Positions 1 to 9,647 of a DNA stretch of 64,000 bases are shown here, piece by piece; within the stretch, counting starts at the first letter, position 1, and each line of letters starts with the position of its first letter. Both the position numbers and the translations under genes were made by a program. The notes beneath the pieces are model-generated. The model worked only from the letters and a program-made list of their open reading frames with translations, had not been told where the DNA came from and made no database searches. The stretch is from IMG/VR virus record IMGVR_UViG_3300034095_001474, positions 1 through 64,000 of that record; one strand, written 5' to 3'. This stretch comes from a virus. Taxonomy: Duplodnaviria; Caudoviricetes.

Positions 1-54
1 ACACCATCTTTTTCTTTTCTTTTTAAAATCATTTTTCTTTTTTTTTTATTTATG

Positions 55-300
55 TTATTGTAATTTACTATATGTTTTATAAGCACTTATTTCACTTAAA
101 TGAAATATTTCACCAACTTTGTTAACGTGTTCCAGTGTTTCACCATATCGTTTAGTTGTTATCACCAAATAATCACCAGTAATAACTAAACTAGCATCTA
201 AAAATTCTAGTTTAGTTAAAGAAGGTAATTGTACATTATTAACCCTTTTTTTAAGCAATATTTCAACCTTTGCGTAGATTGGTTCAACATTTGTTTTCAT
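55..300 (-). CDS. hypothetical protein (81 aa)
   Basis: ORF with a TATATTTG host-type -7 element just upstream. Confidence 0.6.
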   Translation of the reverse strand: MKTNVEPIYAKVEILLKKRVNNVQLPSLTKLEFLDASLVITGDYLVITTKRYGETLEHVNKVGEIFHLSEISAYKTYSKLQ

Positions 301-407
301 ACTTTACTTTTTATACAAATATACTAATATTTATCTTAAAAGTCAATGTTGATTTAATAAATAATTTTTAGTATCTTTGCTAAAATAAAACTAAAATAAG
401 AACTTAT

Positions 408-2918
408 ATGAATAGAGAGATTTATCCGAAAGTAAAAATAATAATGACTAACTCAATCAAAGAAGCTAAAAACTTTGATGATGTTAAACTTAGACCAGAA
501 CATATTATTTTATCTATATTATCGGAAGATGATAATACGTGTACAAATGTGTTAAAAAAATTAAAAGTAGATACATCAGAACTTTATGATAAATTATCTG
601 ATTACGTTAGAAAAAACGATTTAACACCTAGAGGTTATACGCCAGTAAAACGCACACTACCTTTTTCAGAAGAAACAAAATCAATTATCTATAAAGGTGT
701 TGATAAAGAATGTGAAAAATTAAATGACAATATGATTGATACAACTCACATTATGTTAGCTATTTTAGTTTCTAAACAACCATTATCTGATTTTTTAAAT
801 ACTCATGGTATCAGTTATAATTCATTCAAAAAAATTATGTTAGGTGATAAACCAGAAGAAATTAAAAATGGTGCGTTGGATGATGAAAATAATGATGAAA
901 ACGAGTCATTTAAAAAGAAACCAAAACCTACTGACCCTAAAAGTAAAACACCAGTATTGGATAACTTCTGTAGAGATGTATCTAAAGCTGTTGAAAAAGG
1001 TGAAATCGACCCAGTTGTTGGTAGAGTATTAGAAATCAAACGTGTATCTCAAATTCTTTCTCGTAGAAAGAAAAATAATCCAATACTTATTGGTGAACCT
1101 GGGGTTGGTAAAACATCTATAGTTGAAGGGTTGGCTCAATTAATATATGAGGGAAACGCACCAAGAACACTTATAGGTAAACGTATTTATTCTTTGGATT
1201 TATCTAGCATTGTTGCTGGTACAAAATATCGTGGACAATTTGAAGAAAGAATGAAAGCAATCTTAGAGGAATGTAAGTCTAATCCAGACATCGTATTATT
1301 TATTGATGAGTTACACACTATTATTGGTGCTGGAAATGCTTCTGGTTCGTTGGATGCTGCAAATATATTTAAACCAGCCTTGGCACGTGGAGAACTTCAA
1401 GTAATTGGTGCTACAACACTAGATGAATATAGAGAAAACATTGAAAAAGATGGAGCTTTGGTTAGACGTTTCCAACAAGTGTTGGTTGAAGAGCCCACAC
1501 TAGATGAAACAAAAACTATACTTTCCAATATCAAAGAAAAATATGAGAAACACCATAAAGTAAAATATACTGATGAAGCAATTGAAGAATGTGTTAAATT
1601 ATCTGCTAGATACATTATGGATAGAAGTATGCCAGATAAAGCAATTGACGTGTTGGACGAAGCTGGTGCGACAACCAATGTTAATATTGAAAAACCAGAA
1701 AATATTAAAGAATTAGAAGCAAAAAGAAATGATATCAACGAACAGAAAAAAGAAGTAGTTGTAAAACAAAAATATGAAGAAGCTGCTAAACTTCGTGACG
1801 AAGAGAAAAAAGTTACTGAAGAATTAGAAAAAGCAATGGCTGAATGGCAAACTAAATTAGATAAAAAAGTTACTATTGTTGGTGTTGAAATTATTTCTGA
1901 AGTTGTATCTATGATGACTGGAATTCCTTTGACGAAAATATCTACTCAAGAAACAAAAAAACTTATGAGTTTGGATAAAGAACTTATGGGTAAAGTTATC
2001 GGTCAAGATGATGCTGTTGTTAAGGTTGTTAAAGCTATTAAACGTAACCGTATTGGTATCAAAGATAAAAACAAACCAGTTGGTTCATTTATCTTTTTAG
2101 GTCCTACTGGTGTTGGTAAGACACTTTTGGCTAAATTGTTAGCTGAACAAGTATATGGTGATGCTGATTCATTGGTTAGAATGGATATGTCTGAATACAT
2201 GGAGAAACATTCTGTATCAAGACTTATTGGTCCACCACCTGGATATGTTGGTTATGACCAAGGTGGACAGTTGACTGAAAAAGTTAGACGTAAACCACAT
2301 TGTGTTATTTTATTTGATGAGATTGAAAAAGCACATGAAGATGTATTTAACATATTGTTACAATTATTGGATGAAGGTATGCTTACAGATGGTTTAGGCC
2401 GTAAAGTTAATTTCAAAAATGCACTTATTATTTTGACATCAAACATTGGTGTTAGAGAGGTAAACTCTTTTGGACAAACAATGGGGTTCGAAACTGCTGA
2501 AAGTATTGTAAATGAAGAAAATAGAGCTCGTTCAATTATTGAAAAAGCGTTGAAGAAAAAATTCAAACCAGAATTCCTTAACCGTATCGATGAAGCGATT
2601 GTATTTAGAGGATTAACAGAAGAAGATATACACAAAATTATCTATTTGGAAATCGAAAGTTTAAAGAAACGTGTTGTTGAAATGGGTTATGATTTAACTG
2701 TAACAAAAGATGCTATCGAATTTTTAGGTAAACAAGGGTATGATGAAGCTTATGGTGCAAGACCTCTAGCTAGAGCAATTCAACATTATGTTGAAGACCC
2801 AGTAGCTGATGAGATACTAAATGAGAATATCAAAGAGGGTGAAACAATAGAAGTTTCATATGATTCTAAAAAAGAAGAACTGGTTATTAAACCAGCCAAA
2901 CCAAAGAAAACTAAATAA
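408..2918 (+). CDS. clpC: ClpC/ClpB-family AAA+ chaperone (Clp protease ATP-binding subunit)
   Basis: Clp N-terminal repeat region; Walker A GEPGVGKT and GPTGVGKT; Walker B FIDELH and FDEIEKAH; UVR-like QKYEEAAKLRD; C-terminal GARPL. Confidence 0.93.
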   Translation: MNREIYPKVKIIMTNSIKEAKNFDDVKLRPEHIILSILSEDDNTCTNVLKKLKVDTSELYDKLSDYVRKNDLTPRGYTPVKRTLPFSEETKSIIYKGVDKECEKLNDNMIDTTHIMLAILVSKQPLSDFLNTHGISYNSFKKIMLGDKPEEIKNGALDDENNDENESFKKKPKPTDPKSKTPVLDNFCRDVSKAVEKGEIDPVVGRVLEIKRVSQILSRRKKNNPILIGEPGVGKTSIVEGLAQLIYEGNAPRTLIGKRIYSLDLSSIVAGTKYRGQFEERMKAILEECKSNPDIVLFIDELHTIIGAGNASGSLDAANIFKPALARGELQVIGATTLDEYRENIEKDGALVRRFQQVLVEEPTLDETKTILSNIKEKYEKHHKVKYTDEAIEECVKLSARYIMDRSMPDKAIDVLDEAGATTNVNIEKPENIKELEAKRNDINEQKKEVVVKQKYEEAAKLRDEEKKVTEELEKAMAEWQTKLDKKVTIVGVEIISEVVSMMTGIPLTKISTQETKKLMSLDKELMGKVIGQDDAVVKVVKAIKRNRIGIKDKNKPVGSFIFLGPTGVGKTLLAKLLAEQVYGDADSLVRMDMSEYMEKHSVSRLIGPPPGYVGYDQGGQLTEKVRRKPHCVILFDEIEKAHEDVFNILLQLLDEGMLTDGLGRKVNFKNALIILTSNIGVREVNSFGQTMGFETAESIVNEENRARSIIEKALKKKFKPEFLNRIDEAIVFRGLTEEDIHKIIYLEIESLKKRVVEMGYDLTVTKDAIEFLGKQGYDEAYGARPLARAIQHYVEDPVADEILNENIKEGETIEVSYDSKKEELVIKPAKPKKTK

Positions 2919-2924
2919 AATAAT

Positions 2925-2953
2925 TAAAGTCACAATTTTTTGTGGCTTTTTTT
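2925..2953 (+). terminator. rho-independent terminator after clpC
   Basis: AAAGTCACAA/TTGTGGCTTT hairpin followed by a T run. Confidence 0.6.
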
Positions 2954-2965
2954 ATATTTATAAAC

Positions 2966-3370
2966 ATGAAACCAGTTATTAAACAATTATTAAGGGAACG
3001 ACTTTTAACAAGAGATGAAATCGATGTTAGAGATGTTGCTGATTTTGTAAACTTTGCAAAAAAGAAATTAGGTATCAATGATGATATCAAAGTTGCTTTG
3101 GCTTTTAAAAGAACACCAGACCTTGTAACAACAGCTTACTATGATGTTGCTAACAATATGTTAAAGGTTTATTCTAAAGATAGAGCAATTATTGATGTAT
3201 GTAGGTCAATTGCTCACGAGTTGGTTCATCATAAACAAAATCTAGAGGGAAGAATAACCGACTCAAAAACTGACGGTGAAGATGGTAGTCCAATTGAAAA
3301 TGAGGCCAACGCTGTTGCTGGAGTTATAATAAGAAAATGGGGTAAATTACACCCAGAAATTTACGAATAA
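2966..3370 (+). CDS. HExxH-motif protein (putative zinc metallopeptidase-like) with KQLLRE leader
   Basis: AHELVHHKQ plus downstream ENEANA; start moved to MKPVIKQ, 3 nt after ATATTTATA (2954-2962). Confidence 0.6.
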   Translation: MKPVIKQLLRERLLTRDEIDVRDVADFVNFAKKKLGINDDIKVALAFKRTPDLVTTAYYDVANNMLKVYSKDRAIIDVCRSIAHELVHHKQNLEGRITDSKTDGEDGSPIENEANAVAGVIIRKWGKLHPEIYE

Positions 3371-3371
3371 T

Positions 3372-4346
3372 ATGGAAAATAAACTAAAAGGTGGTAAATC
3401 TGATAAATTAACACCAAAAAAAATTGCTGATAAATTTGACGTTGATGTAAAAGACGTTAAAAAACAAATAGAGTATGGTACATGTGTTGAATGTGAACAT
3501 ACTGACGATAAGGAAAAAGCAAAAGAAATTGCAACAGACCACGTATCTGAATTTCCAGATTATTATAATAGATTAAACAAAATGGAAAAAGAAGCCGAAA
3601 AACACTGGAATAAAAAAGAGAATAAAAAAGAGGCGAAAAATGAAACTAAAACTTTCATTAAAAAACTTCTAAGAGAAAATATTAGCGAAATGTCTAACTT
3701 ACCACCAGAAGCACAAAAAGAATTACAAAGACTTGGAATTAACCCTAAAGATGTAAATGTTATAATTTATGATGAAATGCAAAATGAAGGGGTAGGTAAT
3801 GTAGTTAAAAAAACGTTTGATAAGTTTAAAACAGCTGCTCAAGCAGTTGCAAAACCTTTGATGGTTTGTGGTCTGTTAGCTAATGGTTATGCTTGTAACA
3901 AACATCAGCAATATGTTTATAAATTCTCATGCAATATTGATAAACTAGTAACTTATACACTTACACAAGATGCTGAGCTTGATGACAATCTAATATTAAA
4001 AGCTGGACAACAATTCGGGATTATGGATGGTGAGGTATACAATCCAAAGGATAATTCCAAACTTCCAGAACATATGCAAAAAGAATTATTTGATTTTATT
4101 AAGAATAGCCCATTATTCACCAATAATTCATCCGAACAATATAGCCCAAAAGGACAAGCTGGTTCATGGTACTTTTTAGAAACAGATGTAATACCAAATG
4201 ATGAACTAGAAGTAATTGCACAACGATTAGCCGCAGAAGAAGAAACTGAACTTGTTGGTAAACGTAGTGATTATAGGCTAATTAATCCTACAGCTAAAGT
4301 TACATTTGAAGGACCATCTAAACATGGGGATATAGAAACAAAATAA
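3372..4346 (+). CDS. hypothetical protein with DUF5661-like N-terminal domain
   Basis: ECEHTDDKEKAKEIATDHVSEFPDYYNRL resembles the EHT..A.EIA.DH..E.PDYY motif; internal IKKLLRE. Confidence 0.55.
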   Translation: MENKLKGGKSDKLTPKKIADKFDVDVKDVKKQIEYGTCVECEHTDDKEKAKEIATDHVSEFPDYYNRLNKMEKEAEKHWNKKENKKEAKNETKTFIKKLLRENISEMSNLPPEAQKELQRLGINPKDVNVIIYDEMQNEGVGNVVKKTFDKFKTAAQAVAKPLMVCGLLANGYACNKHQQYVYKFSCNIDKLVTYTLTQDAELDDNLILKAGQQFGIMDGEVYNPKDNSKLPEHMQKELFDFIKNSPLFTNNSSEQYSPKGQAGSWYFLETDVIPNDELEVIAQRLAAEEETELVGKRSDYRLINPTAKVTFEGPSKHGDIETK

Positions 4347-4363
4347 AATATTAAAAGGAGGTT

Positions 4364-4792
4364 TTAGACCTCCTTTTTTATTTCACCAATGTACTCATAA
4401 CTAAAACATAATCTAGTATTATCATACACGTGATTCTTATATGTGTTTTCACTAGTTACATCTTTTCTTATTTTTTTGTTCTTGCTAGTTGGTTTCCATA
4501 ACGGAGAATTCTCCCAGAAACTTCCCAATCTAGGATGTGCTGTTCTAGAAAAATATCTGTATCCTTGGTCTATGTGATGTTGAGCAATTGCAGTGGAAAA
4601 TCTTACACCAATCCCCATGCCTTGAAAATCTGGTAACACAACATTCCTATGACCTCTCCATGCATTTTTAAGAGTTCCACTAGGAAGTGTAATCGAGGCG
4701 AAGAAAGATACAACTTGGTCATTCCAAACTCCCACATAACATCTAGACGCTTTATTAACGTTTCCATCTAAATAGTGATGGTCTTTAAACAT
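4364..4792 (-). CDS. GNAT acetyltransferase (probably the C-terminal part of an ATPase-GNAT frameshift fusion)
   Basis: RNVVLPDFQGMGIG acetyl-CoA binding motif; this frame stays open upstream to the T9 run at 4847-4855. Confidence 0.8.
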   Translation of the reverse strand: MFKDHHYLDGNVNKASRCYVGVWNDQVVSFFASITLPSGTLKNAWRGHRNVVLPDFQGMGIGVRFSTAIAQHHIDQGYRYFSRTAHPRLGSFWENSPLWKPTSKNKKIRKDVTSENTYKNHVYDNTRLCFSYEYIGEIKKEV

Positions 4793-5457
4793 TCCCCAAC
4801 TATCATTTGTTGTACGATATATTTTGATATTGATTTCTGGTCGGACAAAAAAAAACCGTCCATCAGTTCACCCGTGTCCGTATTGATAACCCAATCTGGT
4901 TCCAACCAATCCACAATATCCATGTGGCAACTGGATATGACTATGTTCTGCAAGTCATTATTCTTTACGTATCTAGCCAAAGCCATAGAGGCAGCTTTAG
5001 CGACAGTTCTATCAACTACTGAGGTATATTCATCTATTACTGCATTTGATTTCATCTTACGAGCTAAATCAGCTCTAAATTTTTCACCATTGGATAAAAC
5101 ATGATAAGGTTTGTACCATGAAGGTATAGAATTAAAACCAACTGAACTTAATCGGTTGATTCCATCTTCTGGGTTATCAAAATGTGAAATAACTGATTTG
5201 TTTGGTTCCCATTTGGGTTCTTCTTCAGCACCAAATTGTTTCAACATAGTTGATTTACCAGAACCACTAGAACCTACGATTACACCTATCTTAAAATTTT
5301 TGGGTAATTTGTTGGGTAATTTCCATGGGTGAAAGGTTGAAGTACCGTCAAATCTACAATCAAATGCAGTTTCACTTGCTTCTATAAATTCATCTCGTTC
5401 AACACTAGATGTTAGAGGTGTTTCTTCTCTTTGTAATTTTTCTATAATTTTTTCCAT
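4768..5457 (-). CDS. ABC-type ATPase (N-terminal part of an ATPase-GNAT fusion)
   Basis: Walker A GSSGSGKST; signature LSNGEKFR; Walker B VIDEYTS; SSCH switch. Confidence 0.85.
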   Translation of the reverse strand: MEKIIEKLQREETPLTSSVERDEFIEASETAFDCRFDGTSTFHPWKLPNKLPKNFKIGVIVGSSGSGKSTMLKQFGAEEEPKWEPNKSVISHFDNPEDGINRLSSVGFNSIPSWYKPYHVLSNGEKFRADLARKMKSNAVIDEYTSVVDRTVAKAASMALARYVKNNDLQNIVISSCHMDIVDWLEPDWVINTDTGELMDGFFLSDQKSISKYIVQQMIVGECLKTITI

Positions 5458-5510
5458 AAAACATTGTTTTTAATCCTTAATTTTAATACCTTTGTATAAA
5501 TAAAAATATT

Positions 5511-5837
5511 ATGAGCGGAGGACACTACAATTATAAATATCATCAGATAGATGATTTAGCCGAAGAAATTGAAAGAGAATTTGAAAATGATGGTAAATAC
5601 ATGGTTGAAGATTGGTCTGTAGAATGTTTTGGTAGAAAACCATTGATTGAAAAAGACTATCTTGGTAATGCAACACCAGAACAAAAATCAGAAATATTAT
5701 CTGAAATTAATTCACTAGTAACCATATTAAAAGATGCTGCATTTAGAGCAAAAGAATTAGAATGGTTTATGTCTGGTGACACTGGTTTTGAATCTTATCT
5801 TAAAAGAATTGATAACTATAAAACACAAAAAAGTTAG
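5511..5837 (+). CDS. hypothetical protein
   Basis: 108-aa ORF with TACCTTTG host-type promoter element upstream. Confidence 0.65.
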   Translation: MSGGHYNYKYHQIDDLAEEIEREFENDGKYMVEDWSVECFGRKPLIEKDYLGNATPEQKSEILSEINSLVTILKDAAFRAKELEWFMSGDTGFESYLKRIDNYKTQKS

Positions 5838-5882
5838 GGCGACATATAATCATCCTAACTTTTTAACCTTTTTAAGGTAAAA

Positions 5883-6101
5883 TTATTTTTTACCTTCAGT
5901 TAATGTTTTAAATTTTACTTCTAAAGCAGAAATCTTACTTTCTAAAACAGCAGTTTTATTAGAGTTATTTTTTGCTTGTTCATTAATCCACTCTTGTTTT
6001 TTAACTTCAACAGCTTCATTTACAATGTTATCGATTAAATCTACTAAGTCAGATTCTTTAATTTTAACTGTTTTCTTTGCAACTTGTTTCATGTTTGACA
6101 T
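5883..6101 (-). CDS. hypothetical protein with IKE/VNE leader
   Basis: KIKESDLVDLIDNIVNE; ATATTTATA upstream on the sense strand (6135-6143). Confidence 0.6.
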   Translation of the reverse strand: MSNMKQVAKKTVKIKESDLVDLIDNIVNEAVEVKKQEWINEQAKNNSNKTAVLESKISALEVKFKTLTEGKK

Positions 6102-6173
6102 ATTTTTTAAGGTTTAAATAAAATCTTATTTATATATAAATATAGTATAAACTAGAAAAAGTTTATATGTTTA

Positions 6174-6338
6174 TTAATTTTTTTGGTTTTCAACTCTGAT
6201 AACATCAAATAAGTGTAATAGTACATGTCTATCAAACTTTTTTCTAAAACAAAATATATTAATTGCCTCTTCAAAACTATCAGCATTTATTGTTGTTATT
6301 GTGTCTCCAGATTTATTTATTAATGAATATTTTTTCAT
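6174..6338 (-). CDS. small hypothetical protein (start MKKYSLIN)
   Basis: the longer track ORF overlaps the ykuK-like gene; internal ATG with A-rich leader preferred. Confidence 0.45.
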   Translation of the reverse strand: MKKYSLINKSGDTITTINADSFEEAINIFCFRKKFDRHVLLHLFDVIRVENQKN

Positions 6339-6387
6339 ATCTTGTTCTTTTAAATAAATATAATAAACAAGGAATAAAAATAAAGTT

Positions 6388-6897
6388 TTAACATAACTTA
6401 TCCGCAACATGTGAAGAAGCATACGCTTCTGGTTTAACTTTAAAATCATAACCCATACCCAAAATGTAACCAACAGCTTGTTGTAAAGCTTTGTTAGACT
6501 CGTGTTTAGGGTCTGGATTGATATCAGCATGTACCTCTAATTTAATTTCATACAAATCCAACAACGGTGCAATCTCATATGAAACTTCGATTGATTTACC
6601 AACCTCAAATACCATTCTTTCGTTTACCAATTCTTTGTTACGTTGTTTGAATGTATGGTTATATACTGAAGATATAATCATACCACCACGACCAACAATA
6701 ACACCACCACCTAAATCTTCAGTAGTTGTGATAAGAATTACTGTAGCAAATTTATATTCACCACCACCTACTTTTTGTGAGTCAGTACCAACACAAACTT
6801 TAAGTAATTTACCTTCTTCTAATTCTTTGTCAAATATTTCTTCCAAATATTCCAATATTGGTTTTCCAATCTCTTTGTCATTTCTCTTCCATTTCAT
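6388..6897 (-). CDS. YkuK-family RNase H-like protein
   Basis: VGTDSQ, EVHADIN and KPEAYASSHVAD motifs. Confidence 0.8.
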   Translation of the reverse strand: MKWKRNDKEIGKPILEYLEEIFDKELEEGKLLKVCVGTDSQKVGGGEYKFATVILITTTEDLGGGVIVGRGGMIISSVYNHTFKQRNKELVNERMVFEVGKSIEVSYEIAPLLDLYEIKLEVHADINPDPKHESNKALQQAVGYILGMGYDFKVKPEAYASSHVADKLC

Positions 6898-6930
6898 CGT
6901 ATTTTTATTTTAAAAACTTGTTATAATAAA

Positions 6931-6956
6931 AAAGGGACCTCAATGGGTCCCTTTTA
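6931..6956. terminator. terminator hairpin
   Basis: AAAAGGGACC-loop-GGTCCCTTTT. Confidence 0.6.
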
Positions 6957-6960
6957 TCTT

Positions 6961-8373
6961 TTATATTAAAGCAGTTGGTAATAACTTCTTTAATTTTTGA
7001 TAATTTTCTGGACCTATATCCTCTTCTTTCACTGCAATTCTATGTAACGAACCCCCATTTGATTTATCCAAATAGGTGATATCGTTAGGTATCTCTTGAA
7101 TCGGATTACCAATCAAATTCAAAAACGTTAGGTTTTTAAGTAACCCAATCTCTTTTGGTAACGATTTTATTTTATTTTCAGTCAACACCAACATTTCTAA
7201 ATTGGTTAATTTACCAATTGAAGGATGCAATTCATGCATCTTTGCATTGCAAATAATTAGTTGGTCTAGTTTACTAAACTTACTAATATCTGGCATCTTT
7301 GGTATCTCTCTTGTCATAAATCTTATCGTTGGTGTTTCTACGTCTATCAATTCAAATAAACTTTCAGCAAAACCAAATTTTATTAAATAATCTAAATATT
7401 TGTTATTCTCTATTCCTTTTTTAAATCCTTTGGCCATATCAATCAACTCCTTGTAAAAGAAATTGGTGATACCTTCGCTTTCAGATAATACGTTCTCAAA
7501 TATGCTAACGTTACTTCCGTTCTGTCTATCCTTTAACTGATTCGTTTCAAAGTGAATCTGAAACAATTCTTTCGTCTTACCTTCAAAAAATAAATTAGGT
7601 ATTATTATATAAATATCAGACTTATCTCCATTCGGCTTTCTATGTCCATCAGTATAACTTTTAAACATACCGTTGCCCTTTCTAGCAGTACACCAGTTAG
7701 CAAAGTCTTCAAACGCAACATTTGCTTCAGTTGTTTTAGGGACAAATAACGTAAATTTTCTATCTCTAACTGGAATTTCAGCTTGACCTATATCTACAAA
7801 CTTTTGTAGTGTTCTTTCCAAAGCACTTGGTTCCTTCTCAATAAAAGGGTCAACAGCATCAAACAACTGTGACAATGATTTGTATTGGTTGATATCAGTT
7901 GGGTCACTTACATGCATTAAAACATAACTACCTTTGCATAATTCTTTAAACTTCTTCTTTCTTTTATTATCTTCAAAAACGGTCAAATATTTATTGGCTT
8001 GAGGTAAATCCTCAACAACCAAACGAGTTGCCATCTCAATATCATCTTTCTCTTTATTTTTTAATAAACGAACAAATAAATTCAACATCCATTGAAGATA
8101 CATTTTGTTATCAGTTGGGTCAGCAGCAATCATATCAGCAAAAACACTGGAACAAACACTAATATTTTGTGAAATACGTTCTTTCTCATTTACCTTTTCA
8201 GATAAAATAGCCAAGACAACACCAGTTCTAGAAGATATCACTTTAGGTGTATAACCTTCTTTCGCCAATAATTTTATTTTTTTATCAACAGAGTTATCTT
8301 CACCATTACATTCAAACACATCAAATGTTTCAGCCAAATATGTTAATCTATCTTTAACGTTTATTTTCTCCAT
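6961..8373 (-). CDS. leucine-rich repeat protein with phage-type N-terminal domain
   Basis: C-terminal LxxLxLxxNxIxxLPxEIGxL repeats (LTNLEMLVLTENKIKSLPKEIGLLKNLTFLNLIGNPIQEIP). Confidence 0.8.
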   Translation of the reverse strand: MEKINVKDRLTYLAETFDVFECNGEDNSVDKKIKLLAKEGYTPKVISSRTGVVLAILSEKVNEKERISQNISVCSSVFADMIAADPTDNKMYLQWMLNLFVRLLKNKEKDDIEMATRLVVEDLPQANKYLTVFEDNKRKKKFKELCKGSYVLMHVSDPTDINQYKSLSQLFDAVDPFIEKEPSALERTLQKFVDIGQAEIPVRDRKFTLFVPKTTEANVAFEDFANWCTARKGNGMFKSYTDGHRKPNGDKSDIYIIIPNLFFEGKTKELFQIHFETNQLKDRQNGSNVSIFENVLSESEGITNFFYKELIDMAKGFKKGIENNKYLDYLIKFGFAESLFELIDVETPTIRFMTREIPKMPDISKFSKLDQLIICNAKMHELHPSIGKLTNLEMLVLTENKIKSLPKEIGLLKNLTFLNLIGNPIQEIPNDITYLDKSNGGSLHRIAVKEEDIGPENYQKLKKLLPTALI

Positions 8374-8421
8374 AATATTTTTTAGTGTAAATATACACCA
8401 ATTTTTTTAGATAATCAACAA

Positions 8422-8763
8422 TTAAACCAAGAATCGATTGAAAAAATCTTCATCAATATACTCCTCAATTCTTCTTTTTAAAAACCAAACCAATCCATCA
8501 ACATTATCTATTTCTCTATCAATAATATCTAAAATAACTTTGTTAGGGTCTTCACCATCAGTTAGTCTATATTTTATTTCTCTCATGTAATCATTTTTTG
8601 TACTCTCAGTCAATACTTCAACAACAAGATTATACGTTTCCCATCTAGCTTGTTTTTCTTCATCCAAAGATTCTATAACATTTACAATATGTTTATTGTA
8701 AGCTTTATCTAAATTTGTTTTGTTGCCACTAGTAGATTTGAATAATATATTTTTTGTTTCCAT
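8422..8763 (-). CDS. hypothetical protein, paralog of 8939-9259
   Basis: shared motif EIKYRLTDGEDPNKVILDII / ELQYKLTENLDPNEVCIEII. Confidence 0.65.
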   Translation of the reverse strand: METKNILFKSTSGNKTNLDKAYNKHIVNVIESLDEEKQARWETYNLVVEVLTESTKNDYMREIKYRLTDGEDPNKVILDIIDREIDNVDGLVWFLKRRIEEYIDEDFFNRFLV

Positions 8764-8938
8764 AGATATAAATTTTATTAAAGTTATTTATCTATAAATA
8801 TCACAAACTAACAATAAAACATAATTTATTTTACTTATTTTAAGTCTGTAAACCATTGATTTATAAATATTTATAGTTAAAATTATGGTGTTGATGAATG
8901 TTAACTTTTTGTTAACAAATATTAGACACTTTAATGTG

Positions 8939-9259
8939 TTAGAAATTTCTAATTTTGTCGTATAACCGTTCTAATTCTGGGGTTTTTATCTGTAAATTTT
9001 CTATAATTTCAATACAGACTTCGTTTGGGTCTAAGTTTTCGGTTAATTTATATTGAAGTTCCTTTACTTTCAACATATCTTTTAGAGTGTGTTTAAATTC
9101 TAACATGACTTGATTGTAGGTCACCCAAGCCATTTTGTTTTCTGTGTTACCAATAATAAGATTTTCCGTGAGCTTATTTTCATATTCGTGCTCTAGGTAT
9201 GTGTTAAATTCACCGTAATGTTCTCTTAACACTAATCTTATTTTAGTCTTTAAATTCAT
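8939..9259 (-). CDS. hypothetical protein with LVLRE leader, paralog of 8422-8763
   Basis: ORF track; shared motif with 8422-8763. Confidence 0.65.
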   Translation of the reverse strand: MNLKTKIRLVLREHYGEFNTYLEHEYENKLTENLIIGNTENKMAWVTYNQVMLEFKHTLKDMLKVKELQYKLTENLDPNEVCIEIIENLQIKTPELERLYDKIRNF

Positions 9260-9263
9260 CTCA

Positions 9264-9596
9264 TTAATTCACAGCAACGTTTTTAGACAATTGATAATCG
9301 TCAGTAATTTTATTAAACATCCAATCTCTTATTACTTGTTTTGTAAATTCATCACCAGCTTCAAATTTATATTTCATATATTCATACAAATTTTCCACAG
9401 AAATAATTTCTTCATCAGCTTTAACCTTAACCATATGTTTTTTAAAATATTCTCCACCCTCACGCATAATACTTTCATTCGGTTCATAAGACTTATCCAA
9501 AAATTCTTTCATAATCTTAACCATACTACTATGTTGGTTTGATTCAGCTATGATTCTGTTAAATTGAGATTCAGTAATAATAAGTTTCTTTTTCAT
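9264..9596 (-). CDS. hypothetical protein with KKKLIITESQ leader
   Basis: start MKKKLII lies 3 nt after ATATTTATA (9600-9608, sense strand). Confidence 0.65.
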   Translation of the reverse strand: MKKKLIITESQFNRIIAESNQHSSMVKIMKEFLDKSYEPNESIMREGGEYFKKHMVKVKADEEIISVENLYEYMKYKFEAGDEFTKQVIRDWMFNKITDDYQLSKNVAVN

Positions 9597-9647
9597 ATCT
9601 ATAAATATCTTGTACATAAAAAAAGGCCCGATAATTAGGCCTCTTTT

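Noticed and set aside
815-2635. Minus-strand and alternate-frame ORFs inside clpC
   Set aside because: Shadow ORFs of a strongly supported gene, with no motifs or promoters.
8862-8875. Palindromic TATAAATATTTATA as a bidirectional late promoter
   Set aside because: No ORF start nearby and easily produced by chance in AT-rich DNA.
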